Below, piece after piece: positions 24,740 to 36,780 of a stretch of 64,000 nucleotides of DNA. Positions within the stretch are counted from its first letter, which is position 1, and the number at the start of each line of letters is the position of its first letter. The notes below the pieces were generated by a model. That model did not search any database and was not told the origin of the DNA. It saw only the letters and a list, made by a program, of their open reading frames with translations. The stretch is taken from assembly GCF_030144855.1 (NCBI RefSeq), contig NC_082731.1, forward strand, positions 27,218,001 to 27,282,000. The letters run 5' to 3'. The translations under genes were made by a program, and so were the position numbers. The DNA is from Hypanus sabinus. Its lineage: Eukaryota.

Positions 24740-25360
24740 GTTAATCTTTTTGCACACTGCCGTCGAAGGGCTTCTTCAGTCACCGGACACGACAACTCTG
24801 CTCTGGCGTCTCCTCTCTCCCACCGCTGCGGTTGTGCCGTTGGAGGGATTCGCGCTCTCGGCTCCTCTTCACACGTCTTTCCCCCTCAGCCAATCGGACC
24901 CTCGCTTTCTCCCGCGCTTTAACCATTTGCCGCGAGCTCACTTCCTCCCAGCTCGCGCGGACACCGGGAGTTTGAATCTTCAATCAGCCGTTAAAGCAGC
25001 GGTAACCGGAACAGGTCATACGTCACTTCCAGGCCGATCCTCCAATCAGAGCTTGCCGCTACCTGCGCTCCCAACCCGACTCTCTTCTCGGATCTTCCTT
25101 TTCTTTGCCGACAACGAAACATGTCACCCCGCCCTCGAGTGAGAACCTCGACAACCCTCGCTCGAGCTCGCTGCCAACAGACACCCCCACGTGACGGCCG
25201 ATCATCCAATCACTGCTTAAGGATCGACCCGCCCGAGCTTCGGCCGTTGGGTTTGGAAGACACGGTCACGTTCTCGGCCGTTGATCAGGCCGGTCGGCGC
25301 TGCAGAGGAGATGCAAAGAAGTAGTGAAGTGAAGTTCAGTAGTCAAAACGTGAGAATCTC
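24740..25360. promoter_or_regulatory. CpG island / candidate bidirectional promoter
   Basis: Sharp rise in GC and CpG against a CpG-depleted background; CCAAT at 24890, 25042, 25206; CACGTGAC at 25188; CGTCACTTCC at 25021; outward-facing donors (GTAAGG minus at 24721, GTAAGT plus at 25361). Confidence 0.65.
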
Positions 25361-26659
25361 GTAAGTCTGGTTGTCCCAATGTTATTTAGGTCTCGAATAA
25401 AGAAGGTTGGACGTTGATGTTGCCAGCACCTGGAGTTCAGGCGAAAGTCAGCTGAGGAACATGTACACATGTCGTCAGGAAGGAGAGCCTCTTCTAGTTC
25501 GGTTGGATTAGCTGTGAAAATGATCTGGATGTCTCTACCAAAGGCTGTTTTGGAAAAATTGGAAGTCTCATGGCCCTGTGCCTGATTGTGATTGTTCCTG
25601 ACACCTGATAGATATCATTGTCTCTGGGACAAGGAACATTAAGTGTGTTGGAATGATAGGTGATAGCAGCAGACAGACCAGTCACTGAGAATCATTATCA
25701 GAATAGAGTGGAAGAAAGTTGATTACCAATTAAATCTGAGCTGGCTGTAATCAAGAGAAAACCAGCATGTTTCCCTGTCTTGTCTCCCATCATTCTGCAC
25801 TTTGTCTTCCTCTCAATTTTCCATTTCCCCTTTGAATATCACAATTGGATCAGTTTCCTCTACCAGGCTCACCAGTGATTTCTAGACACAACCCTCTCAC
25901 TGCATAAAACATTCGTTCCTGGTGTGACTCTCATCCTTTTGTCACCTCACTCATTCCACACCCTCTACATTCACCAATGACAACAATTTCTGTCTTCATC
26001 CATTTTGATTCTGATTATAAATATCTTCATGGATATCCTTTGACATCATCCTTTGCAAACAAAGCAATTCCAGCTATTGTATTTTCCACATGTCATGTCC
26101 ATCGTCCATAGAATCATTCTAATATTCTCTAATGTTTTTTTCATTGGCCTGCTGAAATTGTGTCCTGATTGGACACGATACTCTGCTGTGGCATAATCAG
26201 TATCTTACTTACACACACCCTCCCTCTTATATCCTGATTATTTGGGCTGTAAAGGTGTGACAAATAAATGAGATGATGTCATAAGCAGGTTACCGGTACA
26301 TTTTGGCTGTGCTTGCTGTGGAGATGGTGTGAATACTATATACTGTGTCACGAGTATAATTCTCACATCCCTGTGGCTGCCAGTGATGCAGAAATAATGT
26401 TAATGATCCAGATTGTTGTCAGTGATATGATACTTGCACACCCAGACTGTCAGTTGCTTGAGGGTGAGGCTCACATCATTGTTGGTGTCTGTGAGGTGGG
26501 TGAAATGACAGTGCTGGAACAGACATGTGTTTCCAAGTGCAGTGTATGTCATACAGACAGTAGCATTCCCAGTGCCCCGAGTAAAGTTCTCCTCCATTGT
26601 GCCAGAGTTTGCATGTGGGAGTTGTGAGAGGGACATACTCCCTGTCACATAAACCCACA

Positions 26660-27710
26660 AGGGCATAAACCCATAACTGTGTGGCCAGTTACAGCTCCAT
26701 TAATGAGTTGGTGCTGTACCTGACCACACAGTTATATGGTTGTGCAGGGAGTATGTCTGTGACAATAGGTGTATCTCATGGGCCAGTGCTTGGCTATTTG
26801 TTGTTTGTCATCTGCCTCAAAGATTTTGATAGAAATGTACAAAATATGGTTAGTACGTTCACAGCTGACATTAAAACAAGTGGGAAAGTGAACTGTGAAG
26901 AAGATGATAAATGTTACAGGTGTATGTTTATTAGCTGAGTAAATGAGCAGAGGAGTGGCAAATGGATTTTAATTCAGATAAGTGTGAGGTGTTTCATTTT
27001 GTAAAGTCAAACCAAGGTGGGACTTTCACAGTAAACAGTGGGGCCCTGGATAATGTTGTGGAACAGAGGGACCTTGGATTAAAAGGACATGGTTCACTGA
27101 AACTGTAAACAGAATTAGATAGGATGGTGAAAAAGGCCTTCTTTAGACAGAACATTGAGTGTGAATGTTGGGAGGTCACAGTGCAGTTGTACAAGGCATC
27201 TGTGAGGCTGCACTTAGAGAATTGTGTTGATTTTCAGTCAGCAAGCTGCTGGAAAGATGCCATTAAACTGAATGAGTGCAGAAAAGGTTTACAAGCATGT
27301 TGTCAGGACTCAAGGGACTGTGTTTAAGGGAGAGGTTTGACAGGCTAAGGCTATTATGCTTGGAGTGCAGGAGACTCGAGGCACTTTTACAGAGATACAT
27401 AAAATCACAAGGGTCACAGCTGTGGTAAATCTACACAGTCTTTTACCTGAGACTGGAGAATCAAGAACTAGAGGCAAAGTTTTCAGTTGAGAGAGGTAAA
27501 ATTTAATATGAACTTTAAGGCTTTTTTAAACAGAAATGGCAGGAAATGTGGAATATGCAACCAGAGGAAGGGGTTGAGTTAAGTAAATAACAACTTTTAA
27601 AAGGACTTGCACAGGTTCACAGAGAAGAACATTTTGGAAAGGTTATGAGCCAAACACTAGAAAATGGGAGTAGCTTCAATTAGCACCTTGTTTGGTATGG
27701 ACGACTTGTG
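26660..27710 (+). mobile_element. CR1-clade LINE 3' ORF2 fragment
   Basis: HGPVLGYLLFVI; FTADIK; EQRDLG; homologous to 9300-9900 in reverse. Confidence 0.85.
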
Positions 27711-27823
27711 CTAAAGGCCTGCAGAACACTATCAATCTACACTGAGGACAATTTACATTAGCCAATAAACCTACTGACAAGTATGTCTTTGGGGTGTGGG
27801 TGGAAACCACGTTGCAGTGTGAC

Positions 27824-28040
27824 AATTCATCTGAAGAGCTCCTGTAATCACAGGACCTCCTGTCACAATGGAATCCCCCTGCGTTTCACTCTAACCCAAT
27901 AGCAAACCTTCTCTGTCTATCTGTAACACTGACACCCTGTGGCTTGAGTTTGCTATTACAGCAGCTATTACAGAAGCCTCACAACCTTATTTCAGAGTTG
28001 TTCCTTCTGACCCTCAGTGGTTGCAGGTTGTCACTGCAAG
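27824..28040 (+). repeat. Unidentified exon-like repeat, copy E
   Basis: Closest to copy B; ends GCAAG|GCACC. Confidence 0.85.
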
Positions 28041-29124
28041 GCACCAAATGTTTTCCGTAAAGTCAAATTTCAATCCAGACATAATAGACTGCAGGTGCTG
28101 GAATCCAGAACAACACACAATCTTCTGGAGAAACACAGTGATTTCAGCAGCATTAATGGCTGGAAAGAAACTGTTGAGTCCCTGCATCAGGTCAGTTCAA
28201 ATTAGCATCTGGGCTACCACAGGCAGAATGTAATCATCACCAAAGTAAAATGAAACCTGCTCAGATTACATTGCAGAGAAAAAATACTCTTGAAAGCACC
28301 TGACAGACAATATCCGCAGCGGATCATTGGTGGAAGAATTGACATGGAGCGTAGCTGGGCAGATCGTGTACATCACCAAATTTACCAACTCATGAGATGT
28401 CAATGATCACATTCACTCACGTGTAAAATAGCAAAAGAAGCAAAAGAATTACTAACGTTGAGTCCCATGAGCAAGAGTTCAGATCAAATCCACATTGAAG
28501 CTACTTTCTAAAAGCACAGGGCTGCTGCTGGCTAACCTAGTCCAGTTATTTGGCACTGAAGATTTTTCATGGACACAAATGAGCCACTATAGTCCTTGAT
28601 TCAAAATAAAGTCTGTTTCAGATTGGAAAGTGGGAGAGAAGAAACAGTGAGACACGCAGTGTTGTATGAAGAACAGAAATCACAGACAAATTGTATGGAA
28701 CAAAATGATGTGACCGACAGGTTTTCAAACCCTGGAAGCTTTATACAGGGGAAGCTGCAAAGAGGGAGGAGGAAGGAGAGAGAGTCAGACTGGGAATGGA
28801 GAGAAAGTGTGATAGGGAGAGGAAAGAATGAGTAAGATGGAGAGAGAATGGATCAGATATATGTGAAACTGAAGCAGAGAAGACAAAGGAGAAGAGACTA
28901 AAGGAGTGAGAAAATAAAAATAGTGATCAAGAAAGAGATTGACCAAGAGAATAATGGAGATGGAAATGGAAAGAAATAAGGAGAATGAGTGGGAGGAGGA
29001 ATGATGTCTGATGGGCATAGACACCAGGCAATTGTAGATAATGCCATTGTAGAGCCTTGCACTGTCTGCACGGTACCAACTGGTGAATGAATCTCCTTTC
29101 CTTGTCTGAATTTTCTATATGACA

Positions 29125-29340
29125 TATTCACCTGAAGATCTCCTGCAGTGAATCGGGACCTTCTGGCATGGTGGAATCCTCTTGGGCGCTGTTTCATCCA
29201 CAAGGTCCAGTGGTCCCTCTGTGCCTGACTGTTACACTGAGACCCAGACTGTCAGTTATTGTGAGCGGCCAGTTTGACTGAAGTGTCAATAATTGGACGT
29301 GTTCCTCTGACTCCCATAAGTTGCTGGTTAATATTGCAAG
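29125..29340 (+). repeat. Unidentified exon-like repeat, copy F
   Basis: Closest to copy A; ends GCAAG|GTACC. Confidence 0.85.
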
Positions 29341-29349
29341 GTACCAAAT

Positions 29350-29695
29350 TGTTTCAACGCCATGCGCTTCCAGAAGATCCACCGTATTTTCTGGCAAATA
29401 AAGATCTCCAACACACCCTAATCCTTCAGTGTCATCAAGAGGACGTTGCCACAATCACCAAGAGGAAACATAGGATATGGTTTGGGAACATGATGGGGCC
29501 AGCTCCATCATTAACATTAAAGATGGAGGAGATACAGGACACCAAAGACACCTTGGCACTATACGACAGAGGCAGAAAGGAGGATCCTGAACCACGCCTG
29601 GGACACAATAGAGAACATGTCCAGGTACCAACAGAGATGGAGACCTTCATTGCTGCACAAAATGCCAGCAGCATAATGGGCAGTAAGTAGTAAAC
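29350..29695 (+). mobile_element. RTE-clade LINE 3' fragment
   Basis: Ends ...GGGCAGTAAGTAGTAA; same insertion point as at 7060-7415. Confidence 0.75.
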
Positions 29696-30769
29696 AAACT
29701 TCAGTCCAAATTGGCATTTGGACTGAACAGGCAGAATGGAATATTCACTGAGGGAAACTGATCGCATATGTTGGAAATCATACATAAAACTCATGAAAAC
29801 AGTTGACAGCCATAACCAATGGAAAGAGAAACAAAGCAATATCTCAAATCAAAGCATATCTCTAGAAGTGAGGAAGTTATAGATTTAATAGAGTTGAAAG
29901 TAAATTTATTAGCAAAGTATATGTATGTCACAAAATCAAGTGAAATCAAATCGTTTAATTACCATTCAACAATACATGGATATAGCTGAAAGAGACAGCA
30001 TTCCTCTGGGTCCAATGTGCAAAATATGCATTTTTTAGTCTTTTAAACTATTTTTAGTCCAAAACCCTGAGCGTCAATTTCCGCAAATTGATTATTCCCA
30101 ACAACCCAGCCTGTCATTCCACAGATTGAACACTAGAGGGCAGCACTGACAGGGGAGTCCAACCCCCAAATGAGCATGGACACCACACTACACCACCTCC
30201 AGAATCCCCTCCCCTGGACTGCAACAGCATGCAAGCCCGCGACTTAAGGCCGAGTCCTTGCTAAAACAAAGGCTATGCTGCTGCCTTACCATATGTCTTT
30301 CCACCAAACAAGGAAACCAGGCCTGCAGCAATCAATATCCAACAGGGTCTTGGAATTGCAAGAGAAGTGCTCAAGATAGTCACACAAGGTTTCACTGCAC
30401 ACCCCCTTCACACCAATGCCTTCGAGTAGCAGGCAGCAGCACAGGTCAGGTCCTCCAAACACAATCTGTCTGTCTCCTCCAAACCCATTTGCCTGATTCT
30501 TCTCTGACCTGCTGGATGGCCTCCCCTCCTCTGAATCACAGGCCAGCTCCTACAACACCCTGGCCAGCTACTGTGAACAATGAGCAGCTCACTGATGTGC
30601 TAGACCTGCTGTACCCATAGTTCTTGGAGTCCAGTACAGTTATATACATCCTAAGAGTCATTTTCATGCAGGCATTCTCAATAAACCTATAATAGAATAA
30701 TAGTCATAATAGAACCAATGAAAGACCATACTAGGCTGTTCAGCCAGTGTGCAAGAGACAAAAAAAGAA

Positions 30770-31180
30770 AGAATAATAATAAATAAGCAATAAATATCGA
30801 GCTGAAGTGTCCTTGAAAGTGAGTCCATATCATGTGGGAACATTCAATGATGGGGGAAGTGAGGTTGAGTGAATTTATCCCCTTTGGTTCAAGAGTCTGA
30901 TATTTAAGGAGTAATAACAGTTACTGAACCTGGTGGTGTGAGTCCTGAGGCACCTGTACATTCTTCCTGATATGAGCAGCGAGGAGAGAATATGTGCTGG
31001 ATGGTGGGAGTCCCTAAAGATGGATGCTGCTTTCCTGCAACAATGTTTCATGTAGATGTGCTCAGTTGTGGGGAGGACTGTACCCAAAATGGATTGGGTT
31101 CTATTTGCTACTTTCTGCAGGAGTCTCCAATCAAGGGCATTGATGTTTCCATATCAGGCTGTGACACAGCCAGTCTGTGT
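30770..31180 (-). mobile_element. Rex1/Babar-like LINE 3' fragment
   Basis: CCRKAASIFRDSHHPAHILSSLLISGRMYRCLRTHTTRFSN. Confidence 0.8.
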
Positions 31181-33342
31181 GGATTTAATAGTTGAAAACT
31201 AAATACAGTAGCAGAAAGAAATCCATCTCACTCTGATCTCCACTCTCCATGGAGAAGAAAAGACAGTGTGAATAAATTCATACAGATGCTGTTGATCCAA
31301 TTCCGTAAACAAAATTTGCTTAGCAGAAATAAACAATTCTCCAGAGAAGCTGATTACATTCTAGGATAAAGCAATAAAGTTTATTGATGCATCCTCGAGT
31401 AATCAATGAACTTGGAAATACTTTTCCACATCAGTCCCTTCTGATGTCTTTTCACAGTCCTTTAATTAATTAGGACAGAGTCACCTCCTGTAATCGTTTT
31501 CCAAAGCAACACTTACAATTGATTTTCTTCTCTGTCCCTGTAGAGATAGAGACATAGAACAATACAGCAATGGATAAAGTCTTTTCTGCCCAAAGTCCAC
31601 ACCAATCATCAACCACATGGTTACATGAATCCAATATTAATCACATTATTTAAACTCTCTTCACATTCTCATCAATTTACACATCCGGATCACCAAACCC
31701 TCCCCCACCTTGCTACCTTCAGAACACTTCACCTGTACACGTAGGGTAATTTGCACCAGTCAGTTAACTAACTAACAAGCACATCTTCAGGACATTGCCG
31801 TAACCCAGAGCATACTGGGAAATCCAAAGCAATCACAGGGACAATGTGAAAATTCCATATAGACAGCACCTTCTTGTTTTGAGGACCAAGCAGATAACCC
31901 ATCAGAAAAGATGGTCCTTGACACTATTTCTACATGACAGTATAACCATACTGTGTCAGAAATTCGTAGGTCTATTCCTTTAGTCTATATACCCTGTGAA
32001 CTGCAGTGTGCTCAGGGACAATCAGAGGTAGATAAAGAAACTGCTCATCTTGGTCATGATGACAACATCTTGTGCAGGATAAAACTTTTAAAAGTCACTG
32101 GGATCCAGGCAGTAAGTCATGGCCACTGGCTCTCCATGTAATTCCTCTGAATTTTGCTGCAGTGGAGCTGATTCCCAGGACAATACAGAAGTTCTTCCAT
32201 CTGTAACCACAGGAGCAATGCCACTCCAACCTCAGCCAGTGAGATTACTGTACGCAGACTATTCTGCTGGAAATGCAGGTTCAGAGGACGTGCTCCAAGT
32301 GGACATCACTGAAATGTATGAATGGTCTTGCAACAACTATTTCCAAACCAAAGGTCCTCTCACAACTTGCCAGAGGATAGGTGATATAAAACTTGATCAA
32401 AGAGATGTTTTCTTCATTTATCTTATCCAACCAATCGCTGATTGCTCTGGAACTGAGGGACTTGCTGCCTCATTCCTGATGGTGATTCAGGTTCAGCCAT
32501 ATTGTTGCAGGTCTGGAGTCACAGACCAGCCAGACCAGACATGAATGATTGATTTCTTCCCCTAAGGAACAACAACAAACTGAATGGGTTTTATAACTGT
32601 ACAAATTCTTCCATGGTCTTTTTTTTTATTCCCAAAGACATTTGTTATTGGAATTTAAATTACCATCTTCAAGGTTTGGATTGAAACAAATAAAACCAGA
32701 TCATCAGGTCCTAACTGAAGTATACACTCTGACCATGGCTGCTCATTTCAAGAGAGACAGAGGCTTCAATGTTTGTAAGCAAGAATGCTAAAACTACAGT
32801 CACCAGCAGAAGTGGTGCCCATTTATGAATGGGCAGAGTTGAAAGAATCCGATGTTTTCTGAAGTTTGTGTGGGTAGTGAAGGTTGCAGAGATGGGGAAA
32901 GGCACAGCCACAGTAAGACTGGAATGTCAGAATGTGAAGTAATTAAACTGAGCGAATCCCAGGCTCAGCCCAGATGGAGAAAGAGGTTCTCATTGATTCA
33001 CAGTGTTCATTGTTACTGATCAGTGGAACTGAGTCTCCAAGCAAAGGATATACTGAGCTGTGTCTCTGCTGAGAAATCTGCATGCTTCTCTGTCTCACAG
33101 TGAACCAATTGGTACAGTTATTAGAAAGGGATTCAAAACCTAGTTAGCACATCCTTTGTTGGGATTTTCATTTCTCAATCAAAAAATACAGGAATATGAA
33201 ACATGTGATTCAGTCCTGGGTGTTTCTGTTATTCTGTTTACATTAACTGCATCTGTCATGTACTGATGACCTGTCTTGACCTAACACAACCAAAAGAAAT
33301 ATCTCCAGTAAAATTCTGAATATTTCCATTTCCAATCCAGAG

Positions 33343-33647
33343 GATTATCTGTCTTTATTCAAAATCCTGACAGCCTCCACCTCAGGAAGAGACTAAGAAC
33401 AGGAAAATGGCCACACTGGAATGTGTGGTCTCTGGATTCGACCCGGACCAAATCAATGTCATCTGGGAGAAAGGCAGCACCATGATCACCTCCAACACTA
33501 GCGCTACACCGACCGCTCTGGAGCAGGGGTGGACTTTCAGTGCCAGACACTTCCTGACCATGAGTTTACAGGAATGGAAGACAGTCAGTCTTCAACTGTA
33601 CAGTCCCTCCAAAAGCGGTATCAAGAAGCAAGTGAAGAACGTCCAAG
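33343..33647 (+). pseudogene. Ig heavy-chain constant exon, IgW/IgNAR family (IgNAR C3-like body); pseudo-exon
   Basis: QPPPQEETKNRKMATLECVVSGFDPDQINVIWEKG...PTALEQGWTFSARHFLTMSLQEWKT...PSKSGIKKQVKNVQ; acceptor AG at 33341-33342, phase-1 donor GTAGGG at 33648; second Cys lost through compensating frameshifts. Confidence 0.9.
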
Positions 33648-33951
33648 GTAGGGTCCTGGGACTCACCCCATTATTGAAATTGTTTCTATTGTGCTGTGAA
33701 TTCTGCCAGATAAGGTCAATATTGAATAACGGTGTGACCCTGGTGTGTTTATGTGTGAACTAATAATCCGGAAGCTTGGCTGTAGAAATAATTGCATCTC
33801 TGAAAATGCTTTCTTAGCTTGAGGATAATCCAGAGTATTTCACTGGATAGTCACCCTGAATATCCCTAATACGTCTTCAAAATGCTCTCCCCTTCTGACA
33901 TTGAACATAATCCCAGCCCCTGATTAGTGCCTCAGTTGTGACTGAATTTCC

Positions 33952-34065
33952 AGCAGAGCAGCTCTCCCTCTGCTCCTGTGTGGGAACAGTCAGCCTGGAC
34001 AATGTGTAGAAGCCTCTGGAGGGCGGCTTGAACACACAACATTCTGACAAAGCTGCAGTTTTGTT
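33952..34065 (-). pseudogene. Possible inverted, internally deleted Ig constant-domain remnant
   Basis: One minus frame reads NKTAALSEC...GFYTLSRLTVPTQE..SCSA, like B-, E- and F-strand motifs of C1-set domains, but ~30 aa too short. Confidence 0.3.
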
Positions 34066-34498
34066 ACACTTTACAGAGAAAAAGGTGCATTTAAATATTT
34101 GTGTCAAAATCATAGCTAAGATGTTAATTTTTAAAATATATAACATATTTGCTTGGAATATTTTCATGTGAAATGTTTTTTCTGGTTTACTAACCACAGA
34201 GACTCTGAAATGCTAGGTATTTTCTGTATTTGCTTTAAGTGACTGGTATCAGTTTAAGTGACCACGAAACTGCAAAATCAATGTAAGGGCCAATCTTGTT
34301 CATTTATGCTTCCTCAGGTTGTTTACCCTGTCTGCTCAATAGGGGAGATTCCTTTCTTCACCAATGTAGATTGGTCTCATCTCATCTTGATGGGACTGGC
34401 AAATCATGCACCAGAGATGAACAGGAAATGCTGGTCTTGTCAGTAAGGAATTTGTTCATTAGGGAATGGTGAAATAATAATTGTGACGTTTCTCCCAG

Positions 34499-34680
34499 AT
34501 GGCTGTTCAGATACCCACTCCTCAGTCACTTTAAGCAAACCTGCCTTCAAAGAAATCTGGACAAAGAGGACAGCGACCATTCTGTGTGAGGTGGTTCAAA
34601 GTGATTTACAGGGATTCAGTGTAACCTGGCAGGTGGACGGAAGGAAGAAGGAAGATGGTGTGAGGACTCTGGATCCAGAC
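34499..34680 (+). pseudogene. Ig heavy-chain constant exon, IgW/IgNAR family (IgNAR C4-like), 3' half missing
   Basis: Acceptor TTTCTCCCAG at 34489-34498; DGCSDTHSSVTLSKPAFKEIWTKRTATILCEVVQSDLQGFSVTWQVDGRKKEDGVRTLDP versus recalled IgNAR C4 (SVSLLKPPFEEIWTQQTATIVCEIVYSDLENIKVFWQVNG..KKGVETQNP). Confidence 0.9.
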
Positions 34681-34984
34681 AGATGTTTGGAAATGAGAAA
34701 TAAAGATCTATCGACATGAGGTTTTTTAGGTGATGCACACTTGGGAGAAATTGGTGTCTTTGTATCTTTGGTGTCTAAACTGAATGATCAGCTGTTGAGT
34801 TATGATCTGAGAAATTAGAATAATTGACTTTCTGACAAAGACGTGACAGTCTGATCAATCTCTTGATCAGACGTGATATCTGTGTCAAAGAAGTTGGATT
34901 ACTGTTTCTTGTCCACACTAAGTTTGTTGCTGCTCATCTGGTGCATGTGTGACGCTAACTAAATGAAACGTATCATTGTTGGGA

Positions 34985-36780
34985 AATGGCAGCATCTATG
35001 AAAATGAATAAACAGACAACATTTCAGGCCAAGACTTTTCCTCAGGACTGAAAAGGAAAGGGGGAAGATGCCAGAATAAAATGAGGAGGTAGAGGAAGGA
35101 GGCTAACTGGTAGGTGATAGGGGAAGCCAAGTGCGTGGGAGAAGTAAAGGGCTGGAAAAAAAGGGATCTGGTAGGAGAGGAGAGTGGACCATAGGAGAAT
35201 GAGAAGGATGAGGTACCCAGGGAACATGACAGGCAGATGAGAAGATGTATAAGGCCAGAGTAATAGAGGAAGAGGGGAGGGGAGGATAATTTTTTCTTTA
35301 CCTGAAGGAGAATTGGATATCATGCTATCAGCTTGAAGGCTACACAGACAGAATGTAAGATGTTGCTCCTCCACCTTGAGGGTTGCCTCATCTGGCAGAT
35401 GGAACGGAGGTGTTTGATGAAGCAGTTTCCTGATTTATGATGAAGCTCACCAGTATAGAAGAGGCCACATCAGAAGCACTGGACAGAATCAATGACCCCA
35501 GCAGATTTGCAGGTGAAGTGTTGCCTCACCCGGAAGGATTTTTTGGGGCCGTCAATAGAGGTGAGGGAGAAGGTGAATGGGTCAGTGTAGCACTTTGGCC
35601 GCTTACAGGGATAAATGCCAGGAGGGAGATTAGTGGGAAAGGACAAATACACAGGGGAATCACATCAGGAGAGACCCATGCAGAAAATGGAGGGGGTGCT
35701 GGGGGAGGTAAAATATGTTTAGTGGCAGGATCCCTTTGGAGATGGTGGAAGTTGTGGAGGATGATGTGTTGGATGCAGAAGCTCATGGGGTGGTAGGTAA
35801 TGACAAAAGAAACTCTATCACTGATAAGGCGGTGGGAAGATGGGGTGAGCTCAGATGTTTAGGAAATGGAAGAGATGCCGGTGAGGACAGCATCAATGGT
35901 GGAGGAAGGGAAACCCCATTCTTTAAAGAAGTACACATTTCTGATGTCCTGGGAAGGAAAGCCACATCTTTGGAACAGATGCGGTGGACACAAAGGAAAC
36001 GAGAAAAGGGAATAGCATTTTTACAGGAGACAGTGTGAGAAGGGGTTTAGTCAAGAAAACTGTGGGATTTGATAGGTTTATAAAAGAAGTTCAATGATAG
36101 TTTGTCTCCAGAGATGAAGACAAGAAAGCGAAGGGAATTGTCAAAAATAGACCAAGTGATTTTAAGGGCAGGGTGGAAGTTATAGGTAAACTTGATGAAA
36201 TTGCTGAGCTCAGCACAGGTGCATGAAGCAGCACCAATGCAGTTGTCATGTAGCAGAGGAAGTGTCGAGCATCACCTGGGAATGCTTAGAACATAGACTA
36301 TTCTACACGGCCAATGATGCAGACATAGCTGGGGCCCATGCAGGTGCCCATGGTTACCCTTGGAGTATAGAGAAACTGGGAGGAGCTAAAGGAAAATGTG
36401 ATGAGGACAAGGACCATTTCTGCCAGATGGAGGAGGTTCAGGTGGAGAATTGGTTGGTTCTTTTATTGAGAAAGAAGCAGAGAGATTTAAGGCCTTCTTG
36501 ATGGGAGATTTAGCAGCTGGACGTCCATAGTGAAAATGAGGTAGTCAGGGCCAGGGAATTGGAAGTTACTGAGGAGACTATGAGAAGTGTAGCAGATGGT
36601 TGGGATTAGAACAGAGAGAGTGGAGGGCCGTGCATTCAGAAGGGGTAAGGTTCGATGAGGGGAGAGGAATACTGAATTTGAGAAAGTTCAGGTTTCATTT
36701 GAGGACTGTCAAGCCTTTTAACCAATGGTGGCAGGAACAGGGGCAGGTCGGGCACAGGCTGGTTCACTGTGTCTGTCTTC
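34985..36780 (-). mobile_element. Penelope-like retroelement relic (RT + GIY-YIG endonuclease) with terminal repeat
   Basis: NLTPSECTALHSL; YPCKRPKCY...QHFTCKSAGVI..VQC; terminal repeat at ~34985-35050 like 20338-20525. Confidence 0.8.

Noticed and set aside
28134-28172. RSS-like CACAGTG-23-AAAGAAACT (mirrored near 8626-8664)
   Set aside because: Nonamer only 6/9, no YYC-type V end upstream, and it lies in a degenerate copy of the common TGCTGGAGGAACTCAGC terminal-repeat family.
32119-32544. 141-aa ORF upstream of the C exon as a V or CH1 exon
   Set aside because: No Ig motifs, it crosses the inversion breakpoint, and the frame is not kept in copy A.
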